From Bacteroidales bacterium (GTDB lineage Bacteria; Bacteroidota; Bacteroidia; Bacteroidales; TTA-H9): a stretch of DNA of 64,000 bases. This document shows, in pieces, positions 18,225 through 29,336 of this stretch. The translations under genes were made by a program, and so were the position numbers. The notes beneath the pieces are model-generated. The model was not told the DNA's origin, ran no database searches, and saw only the letters and a program-made list of their open reading frames with translations. Where the stretch lies: the NCBI GenBank assembly GCA_030656615.1, contig JAUSOY010000007.1, forward strand, positions 27,814-91,813, given 5' to 3'. Position 1 is the stretch's first letter. Each line of letters opens with the position of its first letter.

Positions 18225-18845
18225 ATGAAATCTATCAAGTACTTATTTTACTGTTTATTCCTTTTCAATCTTTTAACCGCCTGTAGTAAGAATGATGAGA
18301 TAGTGATACCGGATTTTAACCTGCAAACGCCAGACAATTTAGATATCGATGAATATAAGATTTATTCTTTGATTCTAAATGAGGTGTATACGGCTTCTGA
18401 ACATTTCGTAGTAAAACAACAAACGTCGACATCAATTTCCATTTCTATCAACGATTCGTACTATGCAATACTTTTAGCCAATACTCCGAATCTCGATACA
18501 ACAATTTTCGCGAATTTTATTGAACGAAATGATTCGGCATACCAATTAGCTTATGGGTTCTCCGGTTTAATCAAACCCATTACATTGATATCTGAAGAAG
18601 AAACAGATTTTTTCTTTAACAATCCAAGCATCAATAAAAGCTGGGAAACGTTCTATAAAAAATATCCGAATTCCAATGGAATGATTGATTTTACAAGAGT
18701 AGGATTCAATGCGGATAAAAGTCAGGCAATTGTTGAATTTGGACATTACTATGCCAGTTTGGGTGCCAATGGCTCATTGGTTTATCTTGTAAAAGAAGAT
18801 AATAAATGGGTGATAATTAAATTATTGTATACTTGGATATCATAA
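18225..18845 (+). CDS. Hypothetical lipoprotein
   Basis: MKSIKYLFYCLFLFNLLTAC lipobox from the ATG at 18225. The upstream TTG extension looks non-coding. Confidence 0.7.
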   Translation: MKSIKYLFYCLFLFNLLTACSKNDEIVIPDFNLQTPDNLDIDEYKIYSLILNEVYTASEHFVVKQQTSTSISISINDSYYAILLANTPNLDTTIFANFIERNDSAYQLAYGFSGLIKPITLISEEETDFFFNNPSINKSWETFYKKYPNSNGMIDFTRVGFNADKSQAIVEFGHYYASLGANGSLVYLVKEDNKWVIIKLLYTWIS

Positions 18846-19100
18846 AAACGAGTGTAAAATAGTGCAGTTGGCTTCTGAAATAAAAGTCAAAACAGCTTGT
18901 TAACATTCATTTCGGTTGCAACATTTTATAAATTCAATTGTTAATTCAAAATCTATTCTTCGAATAAATGAATAGTCTTAACGGGCTTCTTTTACTCAAA
19001 AAATTAGATTTTTATGCTTTCAGACAATTGAAAATTAAAAAATTAGATTACTTTTCGAATTGAATTCACCAAACAGCCCTTCTCATTTATATAAATAGTC

Positions 19101-19916
19101 ATGAATTTAGATTGGTTATTAGAGATTAACCCTGTTTTACTTGCACTTTGTGCAACACTATTTACCTGGTTTGTAACAGCTTTAGGGTCTTCCATGGTTT
19201 TTTTCTTCAAAACCATCAATAAAAAGATTCTCAATTCGATGTTGGGCTTTGCCGCTGGAGTTATGATAGCCGCCAGCTTTTGGTCGCTGCTGAAACCGGC
19301 CATTGAGATGGCAGAAAGCAATGGAACCACCCCATGGGTGCCGGCTTTAATAGGTTTTCTGTCGGGTGGTGCATTTTTATTTTTAGTTGATAAACTTCTT
19401 CCCCACTTACACTTGGGTCTTTCAGTCGATAAAGCCGAAGGAATAAAAACCACCTGGCAACGATCGGTACTTCTTGTACTAGCAATCACGCTGCATAATA
19501 TTCCTGAGGGTCTTGCTGTAGGTGTGGCTTTTGGTGCATTGGCAAATAATCCGGATGCCGGTATGCTTGCTGGGGCTATTGCCCTGGCTATTGGTATTGG
19601 TCTTCAGAATTTTCCGGAGGGCGCCGCTGTTTCAATTCCATTGAGGCGTGAAGGTTTCTCCCGCTTAAAAGCATTCAATTACGGACAACTATCGGGTATT
19701 GTAGAACCAATCGCAGGCGTAGCCGGTGCATATTTGGTATTAACCATGACGCCAATTCTTCCTTACGCTCTTTCATTTGCCGCAGGTGCCATGATATTTG
19801 TTGTTGTGGAGGAATTAATTCCTGAATCTCAAACAGGCAATGAAACCGATTTGTCAACCATTGGAGCGATGCTTGGATTTGCTACCATGATGGTTCTGGA
19901 TGTTGCTTTAGGATAA
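19101..19916 (+). CDS. ZIP-family (ZupT/GufA) metal transporter
   Basis: [25 protein letters not shown] and EELIPE. Confidence 0.93.
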   Translation: MNLDWLLEINPVLLALCATLFTWFVTALGSSMVFFFKTINKKILNSMLGFAAGVMIAASFWSLLKPAIEMAESNGTTPWVPALIGFLSGGAFLFLVDKLLPHLHLGLSVDKAEGIKTTWQRSVLLVLAITLHNIPEGLAVGVAFGALANNPDAGMLAGAIALAIGIGLQNFPEGAAVSIPLRREGFSRLKAFNYGQLSGIVEPIAGVAGAYLVLTMTPILPYALSFAAGAMIFVVVEELIPESQTGNETDLSTIGAMLGFATMMVLDVALG

Positions 19917-20024
19917 ACCAACAAATTATAAATTCAATCGCTCGGCATCACCATTGAATATCGGTGTACTTCTCCGCATAATTCTGTTGCCTGCTTGTAC
20001 AAAAGAATCCGATTGCAACGAAAA

Positions 20025-22385
20025 CTATTCGTCTCTTAAGCTGTCAACAGGATTCTGATTGGCTGCCTTAATACTCTTAAAAGAGATGGCTATGATGGCA
20101 ATTAGCAAGGCTATAAATCCGCCCAACAAAAAGTATATCGGGTTCAGGTCAACTTTGTTTACAAAGCTCCTCAAAACATATCGCATGGCTATATATGCCA
20201 CCAAAAAGGCAGGAATCATCGCCATGACTACCCATATCAGAATGTCAGAAAGTAGTTTGTATAAAACCTGAAAAGAGCTGCTTCCATGTACTTTTCGTAT
20301 CCCGATTTCTTTTGTCCTTCTTTCAACATTATAGACTGATAATGCGAACATTCCGATGAAGCTTAAGATGATAGCCAATAAAGTTCCGCTAAAAACCATT
20401 CTAAAAAAGCGTTCTTCTTTAATATATTTACGTGCAAACAAATCCTTCAAGGCAAAACTGTTAAACTGATAATCCGGTAAGAAATCGTGAAATACTCCGG
20501 CAACGGCTTCTCGGTTTCCTTTTGAAAACTCACCCTGAATTTTAAGATAAAAGATATTCACCTCATTCGAATAAACGGTCAGACATAGAGGCTGAATCAG
20601 CTTTCCGGAATTTTCATTATAATAGAAATCCTTTACTACCCCAATTACTTTCAGAACATCCTCATCAAACATTATCATCGACTGTCCCACGGGATTCTTA
20701 AGTCCAAGCATTTTAACGGCCGATTCGTTGAGAATAATTCCGTTTTTATCTTCCTGTCCATCCCTAAAAAATCGACCATCCAATAACTGCAGTTGCATGG
20801 TTTCGCAAAAGCCAGTCTGAACCCGATACTGATTGATGCTTTTGCTTTGCTTTTCTGTTTCACCAAACAAATAAACGCTCTGACCACTTACGCCTCCTCC
20901 CATAAAATGACCACTGGTTCCAACACTTTGAATAAAGGTCATTTTTAATAATTCCTGCTTTATAGCCTCTGTTTTACTTCCCAATCTCGTATTGAAATTG
21001 GAGATACCAATGACTTTATCAGAATTAAAACCAAGAGGAATATTCTTCATATAAGAAATCTGAGCATGGAGTATTATCAGGCTCACAATTAAAAAAATAC
21101 TGATAAAAAACTGGATCATAACAGAAGCAACGGATAAGCCTTTTTTTCTTTTCAATGTAGCAACGCCACCTCTAATAGATTCTATTACAGGAAGTTTTGA
21201 AAGATAATGTGCCGGATAGCTACCTGTAACGAAAATAAGAAAACCCAAAAAGCCCACCATTGTCAGAATGCTAAAAGGCGTAGCAAGTTCCAATAGACTA
21301 AGTTGGACCATCATCAGGTCAGAAAAATAGGGCAATCCTGCATTTGCTAATAAAAATGCCAGAACATAGGCTATAAAACAAATAATCGTGGTTTCGAGAT
21401 AAAACAAATTTCTCAGATTCGCCAAGGAGGCGCCGAAGGACTTACGCATACCAATTTCCAGAAGTCTCTTTTCACCATGAAAAATGTACAAATTAATGAA
21501 GTTAACAATTGCGATAAGCAAAATAAAAGCAGCGAGGCAGGCTATGAGAATAATTTCTCCAACACTCCCTTTAGCCGATAAATCAAAATCGGATTTAGTA
21601 TGTAAATGAAGTGATGGCAGTGGTTCAATTCCGGAATTAATCTTCTGACTTTCTGAATTAAATATCTGGCTAACGATTTCATCATTCAGTAGCGAAATTT
21701 TCCTTTCTACTTCTTTAATATCACAGTTTTCGTTCAGCAGATAATATGTAAAGAATTCGAGGCCTCCCAAGTAAAGTTCCGGATTTATGGTACTCATACT
21801 TGTTAAGATATCGAATTGAAAATGCGTCGTTTTAGGCAAATCTTTAATAACCCCTGCAACAGAAAACTCTTCTCCTTCGATATCAAGCATTTCACCAGCA
21901 CACTGAATATTTCCAAATATCCTTAATGCCAATGATTCTGTAATAACCAGCTGATTTTTTTGGATCAATATTTTCCCTTTTTCGCCTTCCAGAAGTTCAA
22001 GACCAAAAACATTAAAAAATTCAGGATCGACATAGAGCAAACTTTGTATTTCGTATTGTGATTCCTTTTTCGATACGATACGTTGCCAACCGCGGTAGAT
22101 CTGGCACGCGCTTTCAATATCAGGGACTTTCTGTGGGATTTCTGAATAGGCCTTTCTCGAACATATGGGATAGGTTTCAACAGAATTTTCATCCGTAACT
22201 GTATTATAGAGTCTGAATACCCTGCTTTTATTGACAAAATGCTGATCGAAACTCGATTCGTGTTTTACAAATATCATCAAGATTATAAAGGCAGCAAGCC
22301 CGATGGCCAAACCCGGCAGATTTACAAATAAGAGCACAGGACTCCGCCTAAAATATTTCAGAATTCTTGCTATTTCGTTCATCAT
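20025..22385 (-). CDS. MacB/FtsX-type ABC transporter permease (duplicated-domain type)
   Basis: EIGMRKSFGA, RTKEIGIRKVHG and C-terminal ANQNPVDSLRDE. Confidence 0.9.
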   Translation of the reverse strand: MMNEIARILKYFRRSPVLLFVNLPGLAIGLAAFIILMIFVKHESSFDQHFVNKSRVFRLYNTVTDENSVETYPICSRKAYSEIPQKVPDIESACQIYRGWQRIVSKKESQYEIQSLLYVDPEFFNVFGLELLEGEKGKILIQKNQLVITESLALRIFGNIQCAGEMLDIEGEEFSVAGVIKDLPKTTHFQFDILTSMSTINPELYLGGLEFFTYYLLNENCDIKEVERKISLLNDEIVSQIFNSESQKINSGIEPLPSLHLHTKSDFDLSAKGSVGEIILIACLAAFILLIAIVNFINLYIFHGEKRLLEIGMRKSFGASLANLRNLFYLETTIICFIAYVLAFLLANAGLPYFSDLMMVQLSLLELATPFSILTMVGFLGFLIFVTGSYPAHYLSKLPVIESIRGGVATLKRKKGLSVASVMIQFFISIFLIVSLIILHAQISYMKNIPLGFNSDKVIGISNFNTRLGSKTEAIKQELLKMTFIQSVGTSGHFMGGGVSGQSVYLFGETEKQSKSINQYRVQTGFCETMQLQLLDGRFFRDGQEDKNGIILNESAVKMLGLKNPVGQSMIMFDEDVLKVIGVVKDFYYNENSGKLIQPLCLTVYSNEVNIFYLKIQGEFSKGNREAVAGVFHDFLPDYQFNSFALKDLFARKYIKEERFFRMVFSGTLLAIILSFIGMFALSVYNVERRTKEIGIRKVHGSSSFQVLYKLLSDILIWVVMAMIPAFLVAYIAMRYVLRSFVNKVDLNPIYFLLGGFIALLIAIIAISFKSIKAANQNPVDSLRDE

Positions 22386-22435
22386 GGCCCTTTCGCTATT
22401 TTAATATTATGTCTTTTATTCAGCAATATCGTGTC

Positions 22436-24790
22436 TTACTCGTACCGCAGCGATTCAATCGGATTTCTCCTTGCCGCTTTGTAGGTCAGCCAGCTTACTG
22501 TAAGCAGAACAATTAAGGTTGAAATGCAGGCTGACAAAGCAAATATCCACCAACTTAGTGCTATTTTGTATGCAAAACTTGCGAGCCATTGATTCATACT
22601 ATAATATGCAATTGGTGTGGCGATTACAAAGGCCACAGCCACCCATTTCAGAAAACCGATATTCAGCATCATGACAATTTCGCTAACGCGAGCTCCATTT
22701 ACTTTTCGGATTCCAATTTCTTTTGTACGACTTGTCATTAGAAAGGTAGCCATCCCTAGCAATCCCATACTGGCGAGCATAATAGCAAGAAGAGCAAAGA
22801 AACCCATAAGCTGAAATGTTTTATTATCCTTATCATACAGATGATCCACCTGCTCATCTAAATAACTAAATTCGATTACCTCATCGGGATAAATACTCTG
22901 ACAGGATTTTGTTACCGTTTTCATGACCTGGACAACGTCCAGAGATTTTACTTTAACTATCAGATGATAATATTCCGGATAACTAATTACAAAAACTGCA
23001 GGCCTGATTTTTTCGTAAAGCGACTCAAAATGAATATCTTCAATAACTCCAACAATTTCACGCTTAGATTTTGGCCAATTGCATTGGATCCTTTGTCCAA
23101 TCGGGTCTCCTTGAATCTCAAGACTTGCAACAGCTGCCTCGTTCAAAATTATCGATTCCGTAGCATCTGTTTTAAAGCGATTGGAGAATAATCGGCCCCG
23201 TGTAGCTTTGATACCAAATGACTCAAAATAATCGAAATTCACATGAACATAAGGAATCGATTTTGGTTCTGTTTGCCCTTCTGGCAAAACTCCGCCTTCA
23301 TTGTTGAGGGATCCGGAAGGAATGCGGCTGGCTGTTGATACAGCAGAAACACAATTTTGAGCGATAAGTGTCTGTTTAAGAGCATTATATTTTTCTTCAC
23401 TCCCTAAATCAAATACAGCAGTAAGAACAGCATTCTTCTCAAATCCTAGATCTTTTTGTTTTAGAAATTGAATTTGGCGAAGCATGATGATAGAACAGCT
23501 TATCAAAATGATTACGATTGAAAATTGAGCTCCTATCAGGATTTTTTTAATCTGAAATCCGGAACTATTGCTGCCTCCAAGCGACTTCATTACCTGCACG
23601 GGACTATATTTAGACAATATAAACGCAGGATAATATCCGGCCAAAACACCGATAATCAATAATATACCAAACATTCCTAAGAGTATATTTCCGTTGGTCA
23701 GGACTGAAAACGACAATTCTTTTCCCGAAAGATTATTAAAAATCGGCAAACAAAATCTGACTAAAACCAGTGAAATGATAAATGAAATAATAAATACGAC
23801 AAAGGATTCTATTATAAATTGCAAGGCCACCTGACGACTGGAAGCACCAAAGGCTTTTCTCATCCCAATTTCGGTTAAACGGGTAGTTGCATTGGCTGTC
23901 AATAAATTAACGTAATTAAAACTGGCAATGAGCAGAATCAATAATCCGATAGCCGAAAAAATCAATACATAATTAATACTGTTTTGAGGTTGGATATCAT
24001 TCTGGAATTGTGCCGAATAAAGATGAATATCCTTCAATTGTTGAAGGGTAAATACTGGTAAAGGAGCATCCTTATCGTTTGGATTTTTTAATATCTGACA
24101 GATTTTTGCCTCTAGTTCCGGCTTCGAAAAGTCATTTTGCATTTCAAAATACACCAGAAAATTTTGCCAGCCCCATGAACTCATCCAATCTTTACCAAAA
24201 AGCATATCGCCATCAGCCAGTGTGAGAAAAATATCAAAGGTAAAATGCGAATTTTGGGGAACATCTTCAATGACACCGACTACCGTATAATCGTATTCAT
24301 TACCAACTTTTAACATCTTCCCGACGGGGTCAATATCACCAAAATACTTATGAGCCGTAGTTTCCGAAATCACTGCAGTGCCGGGCAGCTGAAAAAAATC
24401 TCCTGCATTTCCTTTTGTAAAACGAAAAGAAAATATATTAAACAAATCGGGATCGACCCAGGCAACTTTGTTCTCTCTAAATCGTTGATTATTACTCTGT
24501 ATCAAAATATTATCGCGGGGTAATATACGGGCGAACTTTTTAATTTCCGGCAGCTTATTTGCTAAAACTTCAGCGGCCGCAGGAGCCTGATAGGGATGAA
24601 CTTCCTGACATAAGCGGTAAATATGATCCGATTTTTCGTGATACCTATCGAAGCTTAATTCGTGAAACACGTAGAGCAACAACAGTATACAAACAGCAAG
24701 TCCGACACTCAAACTGGAAATGCTTATAATTGAATATACCCGACTCTTTATCAGACTCGCAAATGCAACTTTAAAATAATTCCTGAACAT
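22436..24790 (-). CDS. MacB/FtsX-type ABC transporter permease
   Basis: EIGMRKAFGA, RTKEIGIRKVNGA and AARRNPIESLRYE. Confidence 0.9.
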   Translation of the reverse strand: MFRNYFKVAFASLIKSRVYSIISISSLSVGLAVCILLLLYVFHELSFDRYHEKSDHIYRLCQEVHPYQAPAAAEVLANKLPEIKKFARILPRDNILIQSNNQRFRENKVAWVDPDLFNIFSFRFTKGNAGDFFQLPGTAVISETTAHKYFGDIDPVGKMLKVGNEYDYTVVGVIEDVPQNSHFTFDIFLTLADGDMLFGKDWMSSWGWQNFLVYFEMQNDFSKPELEAKICQILKNPNDKDAPLPVFTLQQLKDIHLYSAQFQNDIQPQNSINYVLIFSAIGLLILLIASFNYVNLLTANATTRLTEIGMRKAFGASSRQVALQFIIESFVVFIISFIISLVLVRFCLPIFNNLSGKELSFSVLTNGNILLGMFGILLIIGVLAGYYPAFILSKYSPVQVMKSLGGSNSSGFQIKKILIGAQFSIVIILISCSIIMLRQIQFLKQKDLGFEKNAVLTAVFDLGSEEKYNALKQTLIAQNCVSAVSTASRIPSGSLNNEGGVLPEGQTEPKSIPYVHVNFDYFESFGIKATRGRLFSNRFKTDATESIILNEAAVASLEIQGDPIGQRIQCNWPKSKREIVGVIEDIHFESLYEKIRPAVFVISYPEYYHLIVKVKSLDVVQVMKTVTKSCQSIYPDEVIEFSYLDEQVDHLYDKDNKTFQLMGFFALLAIMLASMGLLGMATFLMTSRTKEIGIRKVNGARVSEIVMMLNIGFLKWVAVAFVIATPIAYYSMNQWLASFAYKIALSWWIFALSACISTLIVLLTVSWLTYKAARRNPIESLRYE

Positions 24791-24856
24791 GATCGATGAT
24801 TTTTTATAAGAAATTACAGCTTCTCAAAACAATTATGCGCCTCACAGTCCGATCAC

Positions 24857-25543
24857 TTATTCATTCTTTAAATTGGCATTCTCCAGTATTACTTGTCCGT
24901 CAAGCAAATTAATGGTACGATGCGCAAAACCAGCATCACGTTCAGAATGCGTAACCATAATAATCGTTGTACCTTCCTGGTTGAGTTCGGTTAAAAGATT
25001 CATAACCTCCAGGCCATTTTTCGTGTCGAGGTTTCCTGTAGGCTCATCGGCGAGAATTAATGCCGGATTTGCAACCACCGCTCTCGAAATGGCAACCCTT
25101 TGCTGTTGACCGCCAGAAAGTTGCTGGGGAAAGTGATTGGTACGATGCCCTATTTTCATTCGTTGCAGAACTTCGGTCACTCGTTTTTTTCGTTCCGAAG
25201 CCTTCATTTTCAGATATAGTAAAGGCAGTTCCACATTGTCGTATACATTTAGTTCGTCAATCAGATTAAAACTCTGAAATACAAAACCAATATTCCCTTT
25301 TCTGTACTGAGTACGGTCCTTTTCTTTCAAACCGCTAACATCTGTTCCCGCGAACGCGTAGGTACCCTCTGTAGGATTATCAAGAAGGCCGATGATGTTT
25401 AGTAATGTTGACTTACCACAACCCGAAGGTCCCATTACTGCTACAAATTCACCTTTTTTTACATGTATATCAACCTTGTTTAAGGCATACGTTTCCACCT
25501 CTTCGGTACGAAATACTTTTCCTAATTTTTCTGTTTTTATCAT
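24857..25543 (-). CDS. ABC transporter ATP-binding protein (LolD/MacB type)
   Basis: GPSGCGKST, LSGGQQQRV, ADEPTGNLD and VTH. Confidence 0.95.
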   Translation of the reverse strand: MIKTEKLGKVFRTEEVETYALNKVDIHVKKGEFVAVMGPSGCGKSTLLNIIGLLDNPTEGTYAFAGTDVSGLKEKDRTQYRKGNIGFVFQSFNLIDELNVYDNVELPLLYLKMKASERKKRVTEVLQRMKIGHRTNHFPQQLSGGQQQRVAISRAVVANPALILADEPTGNLDTKNGLEVMNLLTELNQEGTTIIMVTHSERDAGFAHRTINLLDGQVILENANLKNE

Positions 25544-25641
25544 TTCAATGCGTATTAAAATTTACACTTCACTATTTTAATTTTTCAAGAATCTTAAATG
25601 ATGTAATTATTAATTCTGTGGTTTCATTCATAAACATATTA

Positions 25642-27969
25642 TTACTCGTACCTCAATGATTCAACGGGGTTTTTACGCGCTGCTCTCCAGCTATACCAAC
25701 TCACCGAGATAAGCGCAACTACCAATGCCATAAAGCCGGCAAGGACGAATATCCACCAACTTAAGCCGATGCGGTATGCGAAATTTTGCAACCACAAATT
25801 CAATATATAATATGATATTGGCACCGCTATACAAAAAGCAATAAGTATCCATTTCACAAAACTTCGATTGAGCATATAAACGATTTCCGAAACGGTGGCA
25901 CCATTAATCTTACGAATCCCAATTTCCTTTACCCGGTATTCGCACATAAAAATAATGAGTCCCAGGGCCCCAACAATTGAAATAATAATAGATATCAAAC
26001 AAAAGATAAATATAAGCTGGGCTTGTTTCTCCTCTTGCTGATACATGGCATTAAGCTTCTCGTCGAGGAAGGTATACTTTATCTCATATTTATGCTCAAA
26101 TTGAGAATAAACATTCTTTATATGCACCATGGTTCCGGCCAAATCTTGTCCGTTTATTTTCAGGCTTAATTGATAATGCCTTTGTTTTGTCAACCAGAAA
26201 GCCAGCGGTTGAACTTCCTCGTGTAGAGATGCATATTTTATATCGTTTACAATACCAATTAGTTCTCCCTTAAAATCGAAACCTGGTATTAATTTCCCTA
26301 AATATCCTTCGGTCCAGCCAAATTCATTCAAAGCCTTTTTATTAAAAATAAATTTATTTTCATCCGATTCGATATTGGAGGAAAATTCTCTTCCTTCAAT
26401 AATTTTGAAACCCATGAACTTCATATATCGTTCATCAACCGGCCAGGAATAAAAACTAACTTGCTTACCCTCAATCTCCCGACCCCAACTCATTCCAACG
26501 CCCCCAGGGACAAAGTTAGAGAAAGCATAATCAGAAATATTGGGATTCTTCATTAGTTCATCCATAAACGACTTCTCCTGCTTTCGGATATCTGATGTAG
26601 TTTCAACAACCAAAATATTCTCTTTTTCGAAGCCTAAATCATAATTTTTCAGATGAGAAATTTGCTTTTCGATAAATAACACGCCGATAATCAAGAGTAT
26701 AGAAATCGAATATTGAATTACTGTAAGTATTTTCCCTGACCTTGAATGCTTTACTGAAAATGAAATCAGTCCTTTAAGAGCCAGTGCAGGTTTTACACTT
26801 ACAAGGATTCGCGATGGATAAATGGAAAACAGAACCCCAACGATATAAAAAAGGAGCAAGCAATAAAGCATGATAAAACTGTAGTCTTTCAGAATCAGTT
26901 CATAACCGAAAATATCAGGCCAGATACTCACGGTCAGATAGGCTAAAACAATGGCCATTAAAAAGGCAAAACTGATAAGAATCAAGGTTTCGAAAATCAA
27001 AGCCAAGAGGAGTCGCTCCTTGGTTTCCCCAAAAATACGCCGCATATTGATCGAGCGAATTATCTTCGGGGCACTGGCGATAGCAAAATTGACATAATTG
27101 ATAAATGCCATCAGAAGCAAAAGGACGGCAACTAAAACCAGAGTCCTGTCGAAAGCCAGATTGCCATTTCCCCCACTTCTACTAAAATGATAATCTTTGA
27201 GTGGCAAAAAAGAGAAACTCACTTTCGATTCGGGATACTCTTCAACCAGGCTTTTTATTGCAGGAATTTTGAGAATTTTATTATTAATTGCTTCAAAATC
27301 AGTACCGGGATATGCTTTGAAAAAATGATTAAAACTGTACTCCGACCAATCATTTACCCATTTGCCTGTGGGATAAGAACAAAAAGCCTCATACCTAAAA
27401 CTTGAGTTAACAGGCAATTCATAAAACACAGCTTCAACAACATACGGTTCTTTAAAATTCGCCAATAAAGTTTTTCCTACTGGATTTTCATGCCCAAAAA
27501 TCCTGTTTGCTGTTTTTTCAGAAATTATAATGCTATTTTTCCCTTTCAAAGGTTTTCTTAAACCACTTTTAATCCGAAGTGTAAAAACATCGCAAAAAGT
27601 AGAATCAACAGCTCTGGTATATATTTGAAAGTTATTATTCTGATCAGACTCTTTTACGAAATTACTTGGTCCCCAAGCGAAAGAACAAAGATGCTCAAAT
27701 TCAGAAACATTTTCCGCAATGATATCCGCCATTGGGTTAGGCAGCATATAGCTCATACTGATTTCGCCATTTTTTTCTCTATGCATTTCCAGACGATAAA
27801 CATTTTCGTACGATTCATTATACCGATCGTATGTAAACTCATTGTACAGGTACATCGATAATAACATGAAGGCTGCAAACGAAACCGACAAACCTATTAA
27901 ATTAAATATGGTAACCTTTCCAGCCTTTTGCAGGTTTTTAATGATTAATTTCAGATAGTGTATAATCAT
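25642..27969 (-). CDS. MacB/FtsX-type ABC transporter permease
   Basis: RVKEIGIRKINGA and AARKNPVESLRYE. Confidence 0.9.
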   Translation of the reverse strand: MIIHYLKLIIKNLQKAGKVTIFNLIGLSVSFAAFMLLSMYLYNEFTYDRYNESYENVYRLEMHREKNGEISMSYMLPNPMADIIAENVSEFEHLCSFAWGPSNFVKESDQNNNFQIYTRAVDSTFCDVFTLRIKSGLRKPLKGKNSIIISEKTANRIFGHENPVGKTLLANFKEPYVVEAVFYELPVNSSFRYEAFCSYPTGKWVNDWSEYSFNHFFKAYPGTDFEAINNKILKIPAIKSLVEEYPESKVSFSFLPLKDYHFSRSGGNGNLAFDRTLVLVAVLLLLMAFINYVNFAIASAPKIIRSINMRRIFGETKERLLLALIFETLILISFAFLMAIVLAYLTVSIWPDIFGYELILKDYSFIMLYCLLLFYIVGVLFSIYPSRILVSVKPALALKGLISFSVKHSRSGKILTVIQYSISILLIIGVLFIEKQISHLKNYDLGFEKENILVVETTSDIRKQEKSFMDELMKNPNISDYAFSNFVPGGVGMSWGREIEGKQVSFYSWPVDERYMKFMGFKIIEGREFSSNIESDENKFIFNKKALNEFGWTEGYLGKLIPGFDFKGELIGIVNDIKYASLHEEVQPLAFWLTKQRHYQLSLKINGQDLAGTMVHIKNVYSQFEHKYEIKYTFLDEKLNAMYQQEEKQAQLIFIFCLISIIISIVGALGLIIFMCEYRVKEIGIRKINGATVSEIVYMLNRSFVKWILIAFCIAVPISYYILNLWLQNFAYRIGLSWWIFVLAGFMALVVALISVSWYSWRAARKNPVESLRYE

Positions 27970-28044
27970 ATCTTAAAATTTACAAATGTTTAATGCTTTA
28001 ATTTTCGACATTGCTTTTAATTTCCTGATTTAAAGGCAAACTGA

Positions 28045-29295
28045 TTATTTAAAAATGATACGCTTGCTGTCGCCGAAATTATCGTAACCCGAAACAATGA
28101 CCTGCTCCCCGGGCTGTAACCCGTCGATAAGCTCATAATATTTAGGGTTTTGCCGTCCTACTTTAATCATTCGCTTCTCAGCATACTTTCCATCCTCCGA
28201 CAATACAAAAATCCATTGACCGCCGGTTTGCTGATAAAAATTACCACGAGCCAGTAAGATTGATTTTTGTGGACTACCCAACTGCAAGCGGGTGTAATAT
28301 GTTTGCCCTGTGCGCATATTATCGGGATTAATACCAGTAAATATCATTTCCACAGAAAAACGGCCTTCGCGTACTTCGGGAAGCACTTTCCTGATTTTAA
28401 GCTCAAATTCCTGACCTTGCCGTTCCAGAATGGCTGTTAAACCTACCTTAACCTTGTCGATAAAATGTTCGTCTATTTGTGCCAACACCTTATAAGAAGT
28501 GAGTACGTGGATTTGTCCTATCCGTCCACCACCCGAAATGGACTGACCAATTTCAGCATCCAGCATTGTTAGCTGACCATCAACCGTAGCAATAACATTT
28601 AAATCTTCCTGCCTTTGGCGTACCAATTTCAGGTTTAAATCCATATTTCTAAGATTATCTTCCATCTGCTTTATCTGAATAAACCGATAAATAGAATCCT
28701 GTTTTTGACGTTCCAGATAGAGCTCATAACTCCTTTTAGCAAAGTGAAAGTCCTCCTCCGATTTCAAAAATTCTTCCTTCGAAATGAGCGCTTCCTCAAA
28801 AAGCGTCTTATTTTGACCATAGGTTCGCTTTTTTCTTTTGATATCAAATTCCAGATTCAGGAGCTCGCGTTTAATCTGAAGTTTTTCCTGTTCCATTACC
28901 ACCATGGTATTGCGCAGAAAGTTATTCTTTTCGGCCAGTTGCGATTCACTGTTTAGAATACTCAAACTCAGATCGGGATTACTCATCCGTAAAATAATAT
29001 CCCCTTTTTTTACCATGGCACCTTCTTCGATGAACTTTTCTTCCACTCTTCCCCCTTCACGAACGTCAAGAAATACGGTAGCTATGGGTTCAACGATTCC
29101 GGTGATGGTTATATAATCATGGAAAATGCCTTCTGTAACCGTTTCAATGGTCAATTTCTCTTTATCTGCACGAAACGTGGATAAATTGCCCGTGAAAAAT
29201 GCCTTGTAAACAAGTGCCAGGAATACCAGCACACCCAAAGCTATATATATATGCTTCTTTTTAATCCCTTTTTTCTTTTCAATAATGATATCCAT
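28045..29295 (-). CDS. Efflux periplasmic adaptor (membrane fusion protein)
   Basis: N-terminal anchor, lipoyl-like GGRVEEKFIEEGAMVKKGD, long alpha-hairpin and GLQPGEQVIVSG. Confidence 0.92.
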   Translation of the reverse strand: MDIIIEKKKGIKKKHIYIALGVLVFLALVYKAFFTGNLSTFRADKEKLTIETVTEGIFHDYITITGIVEPIATVFLDVREGGRVEEKFIEEGAMVKKGDIILRMSNPDLSLSILNSESQLAEKNNFLRNTMVVMEQEKLQIKRELLNLEFDIKRKKRTYGQNKTLFEEALISKEEFLKSEEDFHFAKRSYELYLERQKQDSIYRFIQIKQMEDNLRNMDLNLKLVRQRQEDLNVIATVDGQLTMLDAEIGQSISGGGRIGQIHVLTSYKVLAQIDEHFIDKVKVGLTAILERQGQEFELKIRKVLPEVREGRFSVEMIFTGINPDNMRTGQTYYTRLQLGSPQKSILLARGNFYQQTGGQWIFVLSEDGKYAEKRMIKVGRQNPKYYELIDGLQPGEQVIVSGYDNFGDSKRIIFK

Positions 29296-29336
29296 GCTAT
29301 TATAATTTTACCTTTTATCTGTCCGGTCAATATTCA

